A DNA stretch of 63,711 nucleotides, filler included, from Lama guanicoe (GCA_013239625.1; 212 parts of 212 records of this genome joined end to end with filler, not necessarily neighbours in it), one strand, 5' to 3'; positions 24,582 through 37,022 are shown, numbered from the whole stretch's first letter. Made by a program: numbers and translations. Notes: generated by a model from the sequence alone, not told the origin.

Positions 24582-25584
24582 NNNNNNNNNNNNNNNNNNN
24601 NNNNNNNNNNNNNNNNNNNNNNNNNTTAATTAATTAANNNNNNNNNNNNNNNNNNNNNNNNNNNNNNNNNNNNNNNNNNNNAGATAGACTTCACCAAAAT
24701 GCATACTGTGCTCTGCCGTGGAGCAGGTTTCACCGAGACCTGGGTGTGAAATCCCCTGAAACTTGGGTGTCCGATCAAATTCTCTCACTTCAGGCAAGAG
24801 GAGCTCACTCAGTCTCCTGCGAGAGCAGAACTAGGGCACATCAGGACCCAGGCTGAGGGAGTCCTGGAGAAGCAGGCAAGAGNNNNNNNNNNNNNNNNNN
24901 NNNNNNNNNNNNNNNNNNNNNNNNNNTTAATTAATTAANNNNNNNNNNNNNNNNNNNNNNNNNNNNNNNNNNNNNNNNNNNNGTATAATTCTAGAAAGAT
25001 TTTTTACAAATGGGAATTTTGTACCTTAGAATTAAACAAGTCTTATTTTGAACACTGGTTATATAATTGCCAAAGTAAGCAGGAGTCAAGCCCTATGTGC
25101 CTATGATGCCTGCCTTTCTTACTAACTAAAATGGGGTAGGAATGAAAGCATTTCTGCAATGAATGTTCAGGGGATTTGAGCACNNNNNNNNNNNNNNNNN
25201 NNNNNNNNNNNNNNNNNNNNNNNNNNNTTAATTAATTAANNNNNNNNNNNNNNNNNNNNNNNNNNNNNNNNNNNNNNNNNNNNCATGTGATTCCTTTTCA
25301 ACTGGAACTTGGCTGGCTTGGAGCCAACCCTTGCCTCATCCACTCCTTGACCATCTTATCGGGCTAAACTATGAAAGCCATTTCTTTTCCCTGACTCATG
25401 CACACAATGCCTGGGATCACCGTGGACCAAGAAACGCAGTCTCAACAAAATGCAAAGGGGCACAGCTTCAGAGATCAGGTGGGANNNNNNNNNNNNNNNN
25501 NNNNNNNNNNNNNNNNNNNNNNNNNNNNTTAATTAATTAANNNNNNNNNNNNNNNNNNNNNNNNNNNNNNNNNNNNNNNNNNNN

Positions 25585-26086
25585 CAGATTTATTTTCCTG
25601 CAGCACAGCCCAATTAAGCATGAGAGAGACTGACCAAATCAAAAGGGTCTCCATCTTGCCCTTTCATTTGCAGCCATTTAGATGTGCAACATCCCCCCTG
25701 ACAGCTCCATGCCCATTGGAAAGGTTCTGTGGAGGCAGGCGGAAGAAATACGTTTTTCTCTTCTAGTTTTATGTGTCAGAGCTGCNNNNNNNNNNNNNNN
25801 NNNNNNNNNNNNNNNNNNNNNNNNNNNNNTTAATTAATTAANNNNNNNNNNNNNNNNNNNNNNNNNNNNNNNNNNNNNNNNNNNNCAGATTTATTTTCCT
25901 GCAGCACAGCCCAATTAAGCATGAGAGAGACTGATCAAATCAAAAGGGTCTCCATCTTGCCCTTTCATTTGCAGCCATTTAGAAGTGCAACATCCCCCCT
26001 GACAGCTCCATGCCCACTGGAAAGGTTCTGTGGAGGTAGGCGGAAGAAATACGTTTTTCTCTTCTAGTTTTATGTGTCAGAGCTGC
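25585..26086 (+). repeat. Near-identical fragment pair 25585-25785 / 25886-26086
   Basis: 4 substitutions (25634, 25683, 25716, 25736); 49 identical nt at each end. Confidence 0.97.
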
Positions 26087-26186
26087 NNNNNNNNNNNNNN
26101 NNNNNNNNNNNNNNNNNNNNNNNNNNNNNNTTAATTAATTAANNNNNNNNNNNNNNNNNNNNNNNNNNNNNNNNNNNNNNNNNNNN

Positions 26187-26387
26187 GGGTCAGCTCAGTA
26201 AGCGTGTACAATCCCAGAATGGAAGCTGCTGTATTACAGCCTCACTCAGGAGGCCTTGAGAGACCGCAGTGACGAGAAAGCCTCCCAATGTGGTATAATG
26301 AGCAGTACGGCCAGTTAGCCACCCACTATATAGGAAACGAGAACTGACACCTGGTAAGTGTGTACACAGACTTAGAGGCAAGAAACT
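26187..26387 (+). mobile_element. Degenerate ERVL pol RNase H remnant
   Basis: Frameshifted pieces GSAQ*..W, AAVLQPHSG, LRDRSDEKASQ and VYTD parallel ERV-L GSARY..KWTAAALQP.SG..LKDSGEGKSSQWAEL..LYTDS. Confidence 0.7.
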
Positions 26388-26544
26388 NNNNNNNNNNNNN
26401 NNNNNNNNNNNNNNNNNNNNNNNNNNNNNNNTTAATTAATTAANNNNNNNNNNNNNNNNNNNNNNNNNNNNNNNNNNNNNNNNNNNNAAATATGAAACAT
26501 AGTTTGTGATATTAAAGAGGATGTAAGTAAGAGCTACTCCGGGT

Positions 26545-26688
26545 ACATGACCACCCACAATAGACATTTCCCACCGTCCCTCCTACTTGAGTGTAGCCAG
26601 GTAACAAATTGCTAGCCAATGGGATAGAAGTGGAAGTTATGTGTGCAACTTCTGATAAGTACCATTAAAGGAAAAAGGCAAGCCCTTC
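26545..26688. mobile_element. MaLR MLT1 (H/J-like) LTR fragment
   Basis: catttccca...gtgtagccaggtaac...tagccaatgggatagaagtggaagttatgtgtgcaacttctg. Confidence 0.7.
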
Positions 26689-27089
26689 NNNNNNNNNNNN
26701 NNNNNNNNNNNNNNNNNNNNNNNNNNNNNNNNTTAATTAATTAANNNNNNNNNNNNNNNNNNNNNNNNNNNNNNNNNNNNNNNNNNNNCGCACTCCCCAT
26801 GCCTGCACGAGTCCCACGGTGCACACGGGGGGCACCCGCACCTGACCTGCACCTGCCGGCATCCATGCTAACGGGCATTTAACCCCCACTCACAGCTCAC
26901 GCGCTCACAGAACCCCGAGACTGGTACACAGATGTACCGGCCCACAGCAGCGCTGGACAGTCAGACATCCGGGATCTCACCAGTTTGTANNNNNNNNNNN
27001 NNNNNNNNNNNNNNNNNNNNNNNNNNNNNNNNNTTAATTAATTAANNNNNNNNNNNNNNNNNNNNNNNNNNNNNNNNNNNNNNNNNNNN

Positions 27090-27290
27090 AAATACAGTAT
27101 GATGTCACTTATATGTGGAATCTAAAAATACAACAAACCAGGGAAATAACAAAAAGCAGCAGACTTACAGATAAGGAGAACAAACTAGTGGTTACCAGTA
27201 GGGGTGGGGGGAACAATACGGGGGTGGAGGAGCGGGAGTAGTTACAAACTATTGGGTGTAAGATAGGTTCAAGGACATATCATACAACAC
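27090..27290 (+). mobile_element. L1 3' UTR fragment (laurasiatherian type)
   Basis: tcacttatatgtggaatctaaaa...gcagacttacagata..gagaacaaactagtggttaccagt. Confidence 0.9.
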
Positions 27291-29196
27291 NNNNNNNNNN
27301 NNNNNNNNNNNNNNNNNNNNNNNNNNNNNNNNNNTTAATTAATTAANNNNNNNNNNNNNNNNNNNNNNNNNNNNNNNNNNNNNNNNNNNNGACGACAAAC
27401 CACAGGAGAAATGGGAGAAGAAAGTAGGGCCAGAATCTCGGAAAACATGCTTAGAAGGAAGGAACACGGGCAGAAATCCAGGCGGCAAAACGACAGCAAA
27501 TGCACCTCGTCCGCTCCAGGTGGGAGAGTCGGGGGCACAGGCGAGTCACAGGGCGGCAGGTTTCAACTCCACCTTCATCTCAGAGGATGAANNNNNNNNN
27601 NNNNNNNNNNNNNNNNNNNNNNNNNNNNNNNNNNNTTAATTAATTAANNNNNNNNNNNNNNNNNNNNNNNNNNNNNNNNNNNNNNNNNNNNATTATAAAT
27701 GAGGAAATGAAATGAAACACAATGAAAAAGATAACACATCCTCATGAGACTATAAGAGGAAAAATACAAACATTGCTAGTGAAAATGAAAATCTTGAGTT
27801 TCTCGTTTTGGGGGGAAGAAATATCACAATGTATTTTAGCGTTAAGACTTCAGCCACTTAACATATGAATGATTTATTCTTAAAGGGGACCANNNNNNNN
27901 NNNNNNNNNNNNNNNNNNNNNNNNNNNNNNNNNNNNTTAATTAATTAANNNNNNNNNNNNNNNNNNNNNNNNNNNNNNNNNNNNNNNNNNNNTCTCTTCT
28001 AGGGAAACTCAGTCCCTGTCTCTGTCTCCCTTCTGGCTTCTTAGAGGATAATTTTCTATTCATTTTAAAGAAAATTCTCAACTAAAATAATTTATTCCAT
28101 ATACATTTTAAAAAATTTTTTCAGCTAGTTAAGGCCATTAGCAAAGATTAAAACATATGTAACAAACTCGTGGTGTTCCTATATAGAAAACAGNNNNNNN
28201 NNNNNNNNNNNNNNNNNNNNNNNNNNNNNNNNNNNNNTTAATTAATTAANNNNNNNNNNNNNNNNNNNNNNNNNNNNNNNNNNNNNNNNNNNNCACTAGC
28301 ACATTCTTGATGTGATATGTTAAAACAGGATAACTTGACCTCCACCCTGCCCACTGGTCCAAGTTAGTCCCCGCATCTTTGGGGTCTTTGAGAGACCTCC
28401 TAACATTATCCATCCACTTTCTCAGTTTCTAGAGAGGACTTTTGGCTAGGTCTTCTAAAAATATGTGTATGTGTGTTATTCCTAAAGATCTCTANNNNNN
28501 NNNNNNNNNNNNNNNNNNNNNNNNNNNNNNNNNNNNNNTTAATTAATTAANNNNNNNNNNNNNNNNNNNNNNNNNNNNNNNNNNNNNNNNNNNNCAAAGA
28601 GATTTGAAGGGTTCAAGGCAAGGTCACATGGACATGAACTGCACGGAAAACAAGATTAGAATCAGCATGAAAAAATGGCATAAAATGCCTTGGAGAGGGG
28701 AGTTCCCTTTTAACTTCAAAGTTCTTCAAAATCCAGAAGTCATAGGCTACAAATCAATCAATTTGATTACATAATATCTAGCCATTTCTGGATGGNNNNN
28801 NNNNNNNNNNNNNNNNNNNNNNNNNNNNNNNNNNNNNNNTTAATTAATTAANNNNNNNNNNNNNNNNNNNNNNNNNNNNNNNNNNNNNNNNNNNNTTTTC
28901 AGTGTCAGTGTCTGATAAATTAACGCTCGCTGGGAAGCCTTTGCGTATATCTAGAGAGGAGACTTAGCAGGCAGGCCTGTGCTTCCGTAGATTCAGCTTT
29001 GAGGCATTTGTAGTAAAAAGAATATAAAACAACTTCTTTCTGGCGATTTTTTTCCGAAGAAGAATTTCAAATGAACACCAAGTAGTCCATTACACANNNN
29101 NNNNNNNNNNNNNNNNNNNNNNNNNNNNNNNNNNNNNNNNTTAATTAATTAANNNNNNNNNNNNNNNNNNNNNNNNNNNNNNNNNNNNNNNNNNNN

Positions 29197-29397
29197 TTTA
29201 ATTGAAGTATAGTTGATTTACAATATTGCATTAGTGTCTGGTGTATAGCATAGTGATTCAATTATATATATATAACTATATATGTGTATTCTTTTTCACT
29301 TTAGGTTTTTACAAGATATTGAATATACTTCCCAGTGTTATAGACTATGGGCCTTGTTGTTTATCTCTTTTTTATACAGTAGTTTGTATCTGCAAAT
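29197..29397 (-). mobile_element. L1 3' end, antisense
   Basis: aattgaagtatagttgatttacaatattg...tacaagatattgaatata...gccttgttgtttatct. Confidence 0.9.
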
Positions 29398-31604
29398 NNN
29401 NNNNNNNNNNNNNNNNNNNNNNNNNNNNNNNNNNNNNNNNNTTAATTAATTAANNNNNNNNNNNNNNNNNNNNNNNNNNNNNNNNNNNNNNNNNNNNATG
29501 AATAAAAGAAAGAAAGAATAATAATATCTTTACTGATAGAGCACCTTTTTGTGTACAAGGGGTGACACTTAAGCAGAATACCCTTCTTCTTGATCACTCA
29601 TCACCTTTGAATATAAAGGAAAGTGTACACTTGTAGATTTTTTAAAAACTGTTATTTGAATTCATTGCAATAGAACAGTATGGCTGTTAACCAGAATTNN
29701 NNNNNNNNNNNNNNNNNNNNNNNNNNNNNNNNNNNNNNNNNNTTAATTAATTAANNNNNNNNNNNNNNNNNNNNNNNNNNNNNNNNNNNNNNNNNNNNGA
29801 CACCTGCCAATTCCTTCAGAATACTGCATCATACTTCTCACTCTGGACTCTAGACTCCTTTGACTATATGTAACTCTGTGTGTCTGTGTGTGTATCTGCA
29901 TGTATGAGAGAGAGAGAGAGAGACCTGTGTATAAGGAAACATATGTGCAGAGTACTTGTAAAGAAAGGTGGAATCATGGATTACCCACAGTTTTCTAATN
30001 NNNNNNNNNNNNNNNNNNNNNNNNNNNNNNNNNNNNNNNNNNNTTAATTAATTAANNNNNNNNNNNNNNNNNNNNNNNNNNNNNNNNNNNNNNNNNNNNT
30101 TCTGCTCCTGAAGCCCAGAAGTTTCCTCCCCCAATAGGGAGACTCACCGAAGACTCACTTAACCTGCATAACAGCCCCTTTCATGGTGCGAGCTGCCTAT
30201 AGCTGTCTGGAAACCTGAGGGGTGTCCTCAGAAAACTGCTTTAATTCTTCGTGGTCTGGGACGCCAGGGGAGGCAGCTGCTGTGAGCCCCAGGGTGACTC
30301 NNNNNNNNNNNNNNNNNNNNNNNNNNNNNNNNNNNNNNNNNNNNTTAATTAATTAANNNNNNNNNNNNNNNNNNNNNNNNNNNNNNNNNNNNNNNNNNNN
30401 CAGCACACAGATATGCCTGGCTTTGCGGTCCACCTCTCCGGAATAACAGGATTCCAAGTCCAGCTGCCCTCCCTGTTCAGATCAGCCTCTGTGCCAGCTC
30501 CCAGGGATGAGAAACTGTCTCCTGAGGCAGCTCAGACAGCTCTGGTTGCTAGAAAGTTCCATGTAGTGCCCTTTAAAACTAACTTTGCCAGAGTGAAAAC
30601 TNNNNNNNNNNNNNNNNNNNNNNNNNNNNNNNNNNNNNNNNNNNNTTAATTAATTAANNNNNNNNNNNNNNNNNNNNNNNNNNNNNNNNNNNNNNNNNNN
30701 NCACAGAGCCCAATGACTCTTCTCGGTGCAAAAATTAAGCAGGTAAACTTGAAACATTTGCAAAAGAAATTCATCTTTAAATTGCCATCCTCTTTTTTTA
30801 AATCTACTCAATCTATTGCGTTAGGTTTTGACTAGTTCCTCTTTCATAATCCTTCCTGCTGAGATGTTCCCCTCATTAACTGACTACAGAATTTTCTTTT
30901 CTNNNNNNNNNNNNNNNNNNNNNNNNNNNNNNNNNNNNNNNNNNNNTTAATTAATTAANNNNNNNNNNNNNNNNNNNNNNNNNNNNNNNNNNNNNNNNNN
31001 NNCATCATTGTGCTTTATTTTGATTAACTTTTTTTATTCTTTTAAAAAGCAATTTTTGGGAGTAACCTCATACTATTGTGGCAGGCCCCCTTATGTCTGG
31101 GTTCTCTTAGAATTAAAAAATACATTTTTAGTTTGCAGTAAGTTTTAGAAATCAATTATTTTCTTCCGATTACTGCTTGAATGTATTCCATACATTCTGC
31201 CATNNNNNNNNNNNNNNNNNNNNNNNNNNNNNNNNNNNNNNNNNNNNTTAATTAATTAANNNNNNNNNNNNNNNNNNNNNNNNNNNNNNNNNNNNNNNNN
31301 NNNCTACTTCTAGATTTCAAACATGGAGACTGAATTCCCTAATTATAATTAAAATTCTTCCATTAAAACAAAAATTTTAAATGGATGATTCTGATGGTAA
31401 TATTACCCTGAATAAAGACATGAAATCATATTTAATAAAGCTGAAAAATCTTCACGGAACAGGTACTCTATTACAGGAATGATAAAGCCTTAAGAAATCA
31501 GATCNNNNNNNNNNNNNNNNNNNNNNNNNNNNNNNNNNNNNNNNNNNNTTAATTAATTAANNNNNNNNNNNNNNNNNNNNNNNNNNNNNNNNNNNNNNNN
31601 NNNN

Positions 31605-31805
31605 AAAAACATGCAGACTGATCTACTGATCTATATGAAGTAAAAGGTAATCAATTCATAACAGCCCACTAGTAACATTGTCTTTCATTCTAAGTCGAAC
31701 GTAGAGGGGGAAGAAATGAGGGGACAGACAAGATAGCAATAAAGACAAAGAGAAGGTATTGTTAAAACATCGTCCTTCAGCGAGTTTCCATCACAGAGGA
31801 TCATG
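31605..31805 (+). repeat. Near-identical partner of 32508-32708
   Basis: 5 substitutions; 49 identical nt at each end. Confidence 0.97.
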
Positions 31806-31905
31806 NNNNNNNNNNNNNNNNNNNNNNNNNNNNNNNNNNNNNNNNNNNNTTAATTAATTAANNNNNNNNNNNNNNNNNNNNNNNNNNNNNNNNNNNNNNN
31901 NNNNN

Positions 31906-32106
31906 ATGAAAAAATGCTTAATATCACTAATTATCAGAGAAATGTAAATCAAAACTACAATGAAATATTAACTCACACTAGTCAGAATGGCCATCATTCA
32001 AAAGTCCACCAATGAAAAATGCTGGAGGGGGTGTGGAGAAAAGAGCACCCTAATACTCTGTTGGTGTCAATGCAGTTTGGTGCAGCCATTGTGGAAAACA
32101 GTATGG
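31906..32106 (+). mobile_element. L1 ORF2 C-terminal Cys-rich fragment (disrupted)
   Basis: [44 protein letters not shown]. Confidence 0.95.
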
Positions 32107-32507
32107 NNNNNNNNNNNNNNNNNNNNNNNNNNNNNNNNNNNNNNNNNNNNTTAATTAATTAANNNNNNNNNNNNNNNNNNNNNNNNNNNNNNNNNNNNNN
32201 NNNNNNTTTAAGCATTTGCACTGCTTACTTTTTGATATGTGGAATAGCACTAAACCTTCCTCAGGTGCAAAAATAATTGTATAATTTTTTTTTGCAATTA
32301 TGAAGATTGATTTTCGTTAAGTTGTTTTTTTTTTTTTTTTCCAGAAAAGTTGATTTGCGCAGTAAGTGAGGTGCCAATGCAGGCAAATGTAACCAACATT
32401 AAGCTGGNNNNNNNNNNNNNNNNNNNNNNNNNNNNNNNNNNNNNNNNNNNNTTAATTAATTAANNNNNNNNNNNNNNNNNNNNNNNNNNNNNNNNNNNNN
32501 NNNNNNN

Positions 32508-32708
32508 AAAAACATGCAGACTGATCTACTGATCTATATGAAGTAAAAGGTAATCAGTTCATAACAGCCCCCTAGTAACACTGTCTTTCATTCTAAGTCG
32601 AACGTAGAGGGGGAAAAAATGAGGGGACAGACAAGATAGCAATAAAGACAAAGAGAAGATATTGTTAAAACATCGTCCTTCAGCGAGTTTCCATCACAGA
32701 GGATCATG
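32508..32708 (+). repeat. Near-identical partner of 31605-31805
   Basis: Direct alignment. Confidence 0.97.
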
Positions 32709-33109
32709 NNNNNNNNNNNNNNNNNNNNNNNNNNNNNNNNNNNNNNNNNNNNTTAATTAATTAANNNNNNNNNNNNNNNNNNNNNNNNNNNNNNNNNNNN
32801 NNNNNNNNGATCAAAGAAGTAGAAATGGAGACTAAGTAATTATCAGATGACCAGATCACTTTCCTAGCTTCCCCTTCAGTCATCCCATGAACAAACTGTG
32901 TGAACAAGATGGCATCTAAAGAAAAATCACAAGAGGATTACAAGCCTGCACATGAAGGAGTGGAGAGAGAAATGACTCTGACCCCCATCTCAATGACTTA
33001 CCTGAAGTCNNNNNNNNNNNNNNNNNNNNNNNNNNNNNNNNNNNNNNNNNNNNTTAATTAATTAANNNNNNNNNNNNNNNNNNNNNNNNNNNNNNNNNNN
33101 NNNNNNNNN

Positions 33110-33165
33110 GTAGCATGCACAAAATCCTGGGTTCAATCCCCAGTGCCTCCATTAAATCAATAAAT
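33110..33165 (+). mobile_element. 3' half of a tRNA-derived SINE, camelid Vic-1-like
   Basis: tagcatgcacaaaatcctgggttcaatccccagtgcctccattaaa contains a B-box (GGTTCAATCC) followed by an A-rich tail. Confidence 0.75.
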
Positions 33166-35216
33166 GATGAACAGGATTAAAATTTAAAATTAAATTTTAA
33201 AATAAAAATTAAAAAATTTTTTATTCCATTCCCCCAAACTCTGACTCCTAAATGCAGGTCCTGTCAGAGCAGGACTGAGCACCTACCTAAACTGAAAGAT
33301 CCAGGCTTATNNNNNNNNNNNNNNNNNNNNNNNNNNNNNNNNNNNNNNNNNNNNTTAATTAATTAANNNNNNNNNNNNNNNNNNNNNNNNNNNNNNNNNN
33401 NNNNNNNNNNGAGCAGAAGGGGCAGGGCGGCAGGGGGGGATGGGGCCTGCACGGGCACCGGGTGCCCGACCCAGTGGAGACTCTTACTGGTGGGTTGTCC
33501 GAGAGCAGGCCCCATGCTGGCAAGGAGTGAGGCTCTAGAAGTTGTGGAATTAGTTGGATTTTGCCTGAGAGTGAAGGGTTTTTGCAGGTGGTCTGTGACC
33601 CGGGTGCTCTCNNNNNNNNNNNNNNNNNNNNNNNNNNNNNNNNNNNNNNNNNNNNTTAATTAATTAANNNNNNNNNNNNNNNNNNNNNNNNNNNNNNNNN
33701 NNNNNNNNNNNCGGGAGCCATGTTTGTGAGCAGCTGGGGAAGGCACGGGGGGAGGATGGATTCACACGAGGGCATGGAGAGGTCACTCCCTTTATCAGGA
33801 GGGAGGGGAGCCCGCGGGAGGAGCCATGTGGACGGTTTGGCAATTTGATGGTGAAAGACGGCCTCAGTTCTCCTTCAGTAAAGAAGAGAACGACTCACTG
33901 ACATAAATAAAANNNNNNNNNNNNNNNNNNNNNNNNNNNNNNNNNNNNNNNNNNNNTTAATTAATTAANNNNNNNNNNNNNNNNNNNNNNNNNNNNNNNN
34001 NNNNNNNNNNNNTCAAAATCACATGATTTTTAAATGTCAAACAACCAACCAAATTATAATTTTTAACCTTTGATAGTCAACGGTTAAAGGAAACGTTAAA
34101 AGAAAGGAAGAGGGGGTTTGCAAAATATTCCTAAAAGTTATTTTTAAGCCAGTTTTGAACCTCATGTTATCATATATCTAATGTGTTGCGAGCCTTGTCA
34201 TAATCTCCTCTTANNNNNNNNNNNNNNNNNNNNNNNNNNNNNNNNNNNNNNNNNNNNTTAATTAATTAANNNNNNNNNNNNNNNNNNNNNNNNNNNNNNN
34301 NNNNNNNNNNNNNATGAAGCCCAGCTTGAATTTTAATATAAGAATGTCGAAATCCGTCAGCCGTTACTCATTTTTTTTATGAGTGTAATAACATAGACAG
34401 GCCAGTGCAGCCAGCCAACGCACACACCCTTTGGGCGTGGTGGGGGACTTGGCCAGACCACGTGCATCGTAAACCTGTTGCTGTGATGACCCCAGACTGC
34501 AGGAACTTCTCTAGNNNNNNNNNNNNNNNNNNNNNNNNNNNNNNNNNNNNNNNNNNNNTTAATTAATTAANNNNNNNNNNNNNNNNNNNNNNNNNNNNNN
34601 NNNNNNNNNNNNNNGGAAACTGGTTTTTGAGACCTGGGTACCTGCAAAATGAGAGTCTGCCACATCGAGGAGAACAGCTCGTGGTATTTGTCGACAGTGA
34701 TAGAGCCTGAGCTTTCCAGGGAATACTTTTGGAAAACTTGTTTCAACCACCATGAATTTGACCACGTCCCCCTACTAAAGACTTTTCTAATGAGACTGGT
34801 GGTGACCCTGAAGGANNNNNNNNNNNNNNNNNNNNNNNNNNNNNNNNNNNNNNNNNNNNTTAATTAATTAANNNNNNNNNNNNNNNNNNNNNNNNNNNNN
34901 NNNNNNNNNNNNNNNCTAAGCGGGTCAAAACACCTCGAACCATCGACTGGTTTTTCAGGCTGAATAGACACGGAACACAGGCACATGCAGAGTGACCTAC
35001 CGCGCAGAAGAGCGAATCGGAGCCACGATGCTGTGTTTCGGAATGAAGAGCAAGCTGGAGCAAGACTGCACGCGAGCATTCCTCGCTATTTCCCACTGCA
35101 AACTTCAAAAGCACAGNNNNNNNNNNNNNNNNNNNNNNNNNNNNNNNNNNNNNNNNNNNNTTAATTAATTAANNNNNNNNNNNNNNNNNNNNNNNNNNNN
35201 NNNNNNNNNNNNNNNN

Positions 35217-35417
35217 CACCCCCACCTGCTCTCTGCAGAATGGATCCTGGCCTCTGCGCCCACGCCCTGAAAGCAGGACTCATTCCACAGACTCTGGCTG
35301 CCGTTATTTACTCTCCTCTCCCTGTGTGTGGGGACTGACTACCTGCGCGCATCATCTCTTTCCTTCAAGGAGAGTGCCAGTTCCTCCACACGTACTTTTT
35401 TCCTGTCTCATACCTTT
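35217..35417 (+). repeat. Near-identical partner of 35819-36019
   Basis: 5 substitutions; 49 identical nt at each end. Confidence 0.97.
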
Positions 35418-35818
35418 NNNNNNNNNNNNNNNNNNNNNNNNNNNNNNNNNNNNNNNNNNNNTTAATTAATTAANNNNNNNNNNNNNNNNNNNNNNNNNNN
35501 NNNNNNNNNNNNNNNNNAGCTGAGCAGCCCACCCATGGGACTGCCTTGAGACTTGAGAGGAGATGGTAGGAGGCAGTCTGTATGCCTTCAGAGGAAGGGA
35601 AGAAGCCCTGACACTGAATTTGAGTGGTCCTGTCCATCATCAGCCATCTAATCTTGCACCCGCGAATCAGGGGTTGCCTTTGTAAAATAGTGCTCATTAC
35701 CCTCTGTAAGTATAACCGNNNNNNNNNNNNNNNNNNNNNNNNNNNNNNNNNNNNNNNNNNNNTTAATTAATTAANNNNNNNNNNNNNNNNNNNNNNNNNN
35801 NNNNNNNNNNNNNNNNNN

Positions 35819-36019
35819 CACCCCCACCTGCTCTCTGCAGAATGGATCCTGGCCTCTGCGCCCACGCACTGAAAGCAGGACTCATTCCACAGACTCTGGC
35901 TGCCGTTATTTACTCTTCTCTCCCTGTGTGTGGGGACTGACTACCTGAGTGCATCATCTCTTTCCTTCAGGGAGAGTGCCAGTTCCTCCACACGTACTTT
36001 TTTCCTGTCTCATACCTTT
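35819..36019 (+). repeat. Near-identical partner of 35217-35417
   Basis: Direct alignment. Confidence 0.97.
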
Positions 36020-36119
36020 NNNNNNNNNNNNNNNNNNNNNNNNNNNNNNNNNNNNNNNNNNNNTTAATTAATTAANNNNNNNNNNNNNNNNNNNNNNNNN
36101 NNNNNNNNNNNNNNNNNNN

Positions 36120-36320
36120 TGAGGTTTCTTTTGTGCCCAAGTATATCATGAATCCTGGATAATGCCCCATGTGCACTTGAAAAGGCTGTATAATCTATTT
36201 TTTGTGGGTGCAATGCTCTGAAATTATCCACCAAGTGAAAAAGTTTCTACTGTATTATTTACCTTCTCTGTTGCCTTATTCATTTTCTGTCTCAGTGATC
36301 TTTCCAGTGATGTTAATGCA
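36120..36320 (-). mobile_element. L1 ORF2 endonuclease-domain fragment
   Basis: atcctggataatgccccatgtgcacttgaaaag is the antisense of FSSAHGALSRI; also contains ttttctgtct..gatctttccagtg. Confidence 0.85.
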
Positions 36321-37022
36321 NNNNNNNNNNNNNNNNNNNNNNNNNNNNNNNNNNNNNNNNNNNNTTAATTAATTAANNNNNNNNNNNNNNNNNNNNNNNN
36401 NNNNNNNNNNNNNNNNNNNNCTTGAATTCTGCATGAAGTTATGTGAATTATACAATTAGGCAATATGCATTTAGCTATAGTCAACAGAGTTCTAATCTGA
36501 CTGCCAATTAGGGTTGCATGTTGACTACCACTTAAGTGAAATATGATGTGGAGGGTAAAAGATTACCTCATCAAGTCTGCATCCATCTTTTTTCCTAACA
36601 GATTTAGGCCTACATTCAGTGNNNNNNNNNNNNNNNNNNNNNNNNNNNNNNNNNNNNNNNNNNNNTTAATTAATTAANNNNNNNNNNNNNNNNNNNNNNN
36701 NNNNNNNNNNNNNNNNNNNNNAAAGTAATTACTTTATATATACACAGAGATGATTATATGGAGCTACAAGAATTATTATTATTTTTTGAGCGATTTGAGA
36801 GAAAATTGCAGGTTTCTTGCCACGTTACCCATGACTACTTTAGTGTATGTTTCCTAAGATTAAAGGCATTCATTATTATAGCCACAGTAGAATTTCCAAA
36901 GTCAGGGTATTTAACATTGATTNNNNNNNNNNNNNNNNNNNNNNNNNNNNNNNNNNNNNNNNNNNNTTAATTAATTAANNNNNNNNNNNNNNNNNNNNNN
37001 NNNNNNNNNNNNNNNNNNNNNN

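Noticed and set aside
24792..24882. ELTQSPA peptide after a possible acceptor, resembling Ig light-chain FR1
   Set aside because: The following residues lack the FR1 pattern and the conserved Cys, so it is probably coincidental.
33110..33150. tRNA gene
   Set aside because: Only a diverged 3' half followed by an A-rich tail, which indicates a tRNA-derived SINE.
34615..34815. Minus-strand frame open across the whole fragment
   Set aside because: No recognisable domain or convincing splice pair; a few such frames are expected among 212 fragments x 6 frames.
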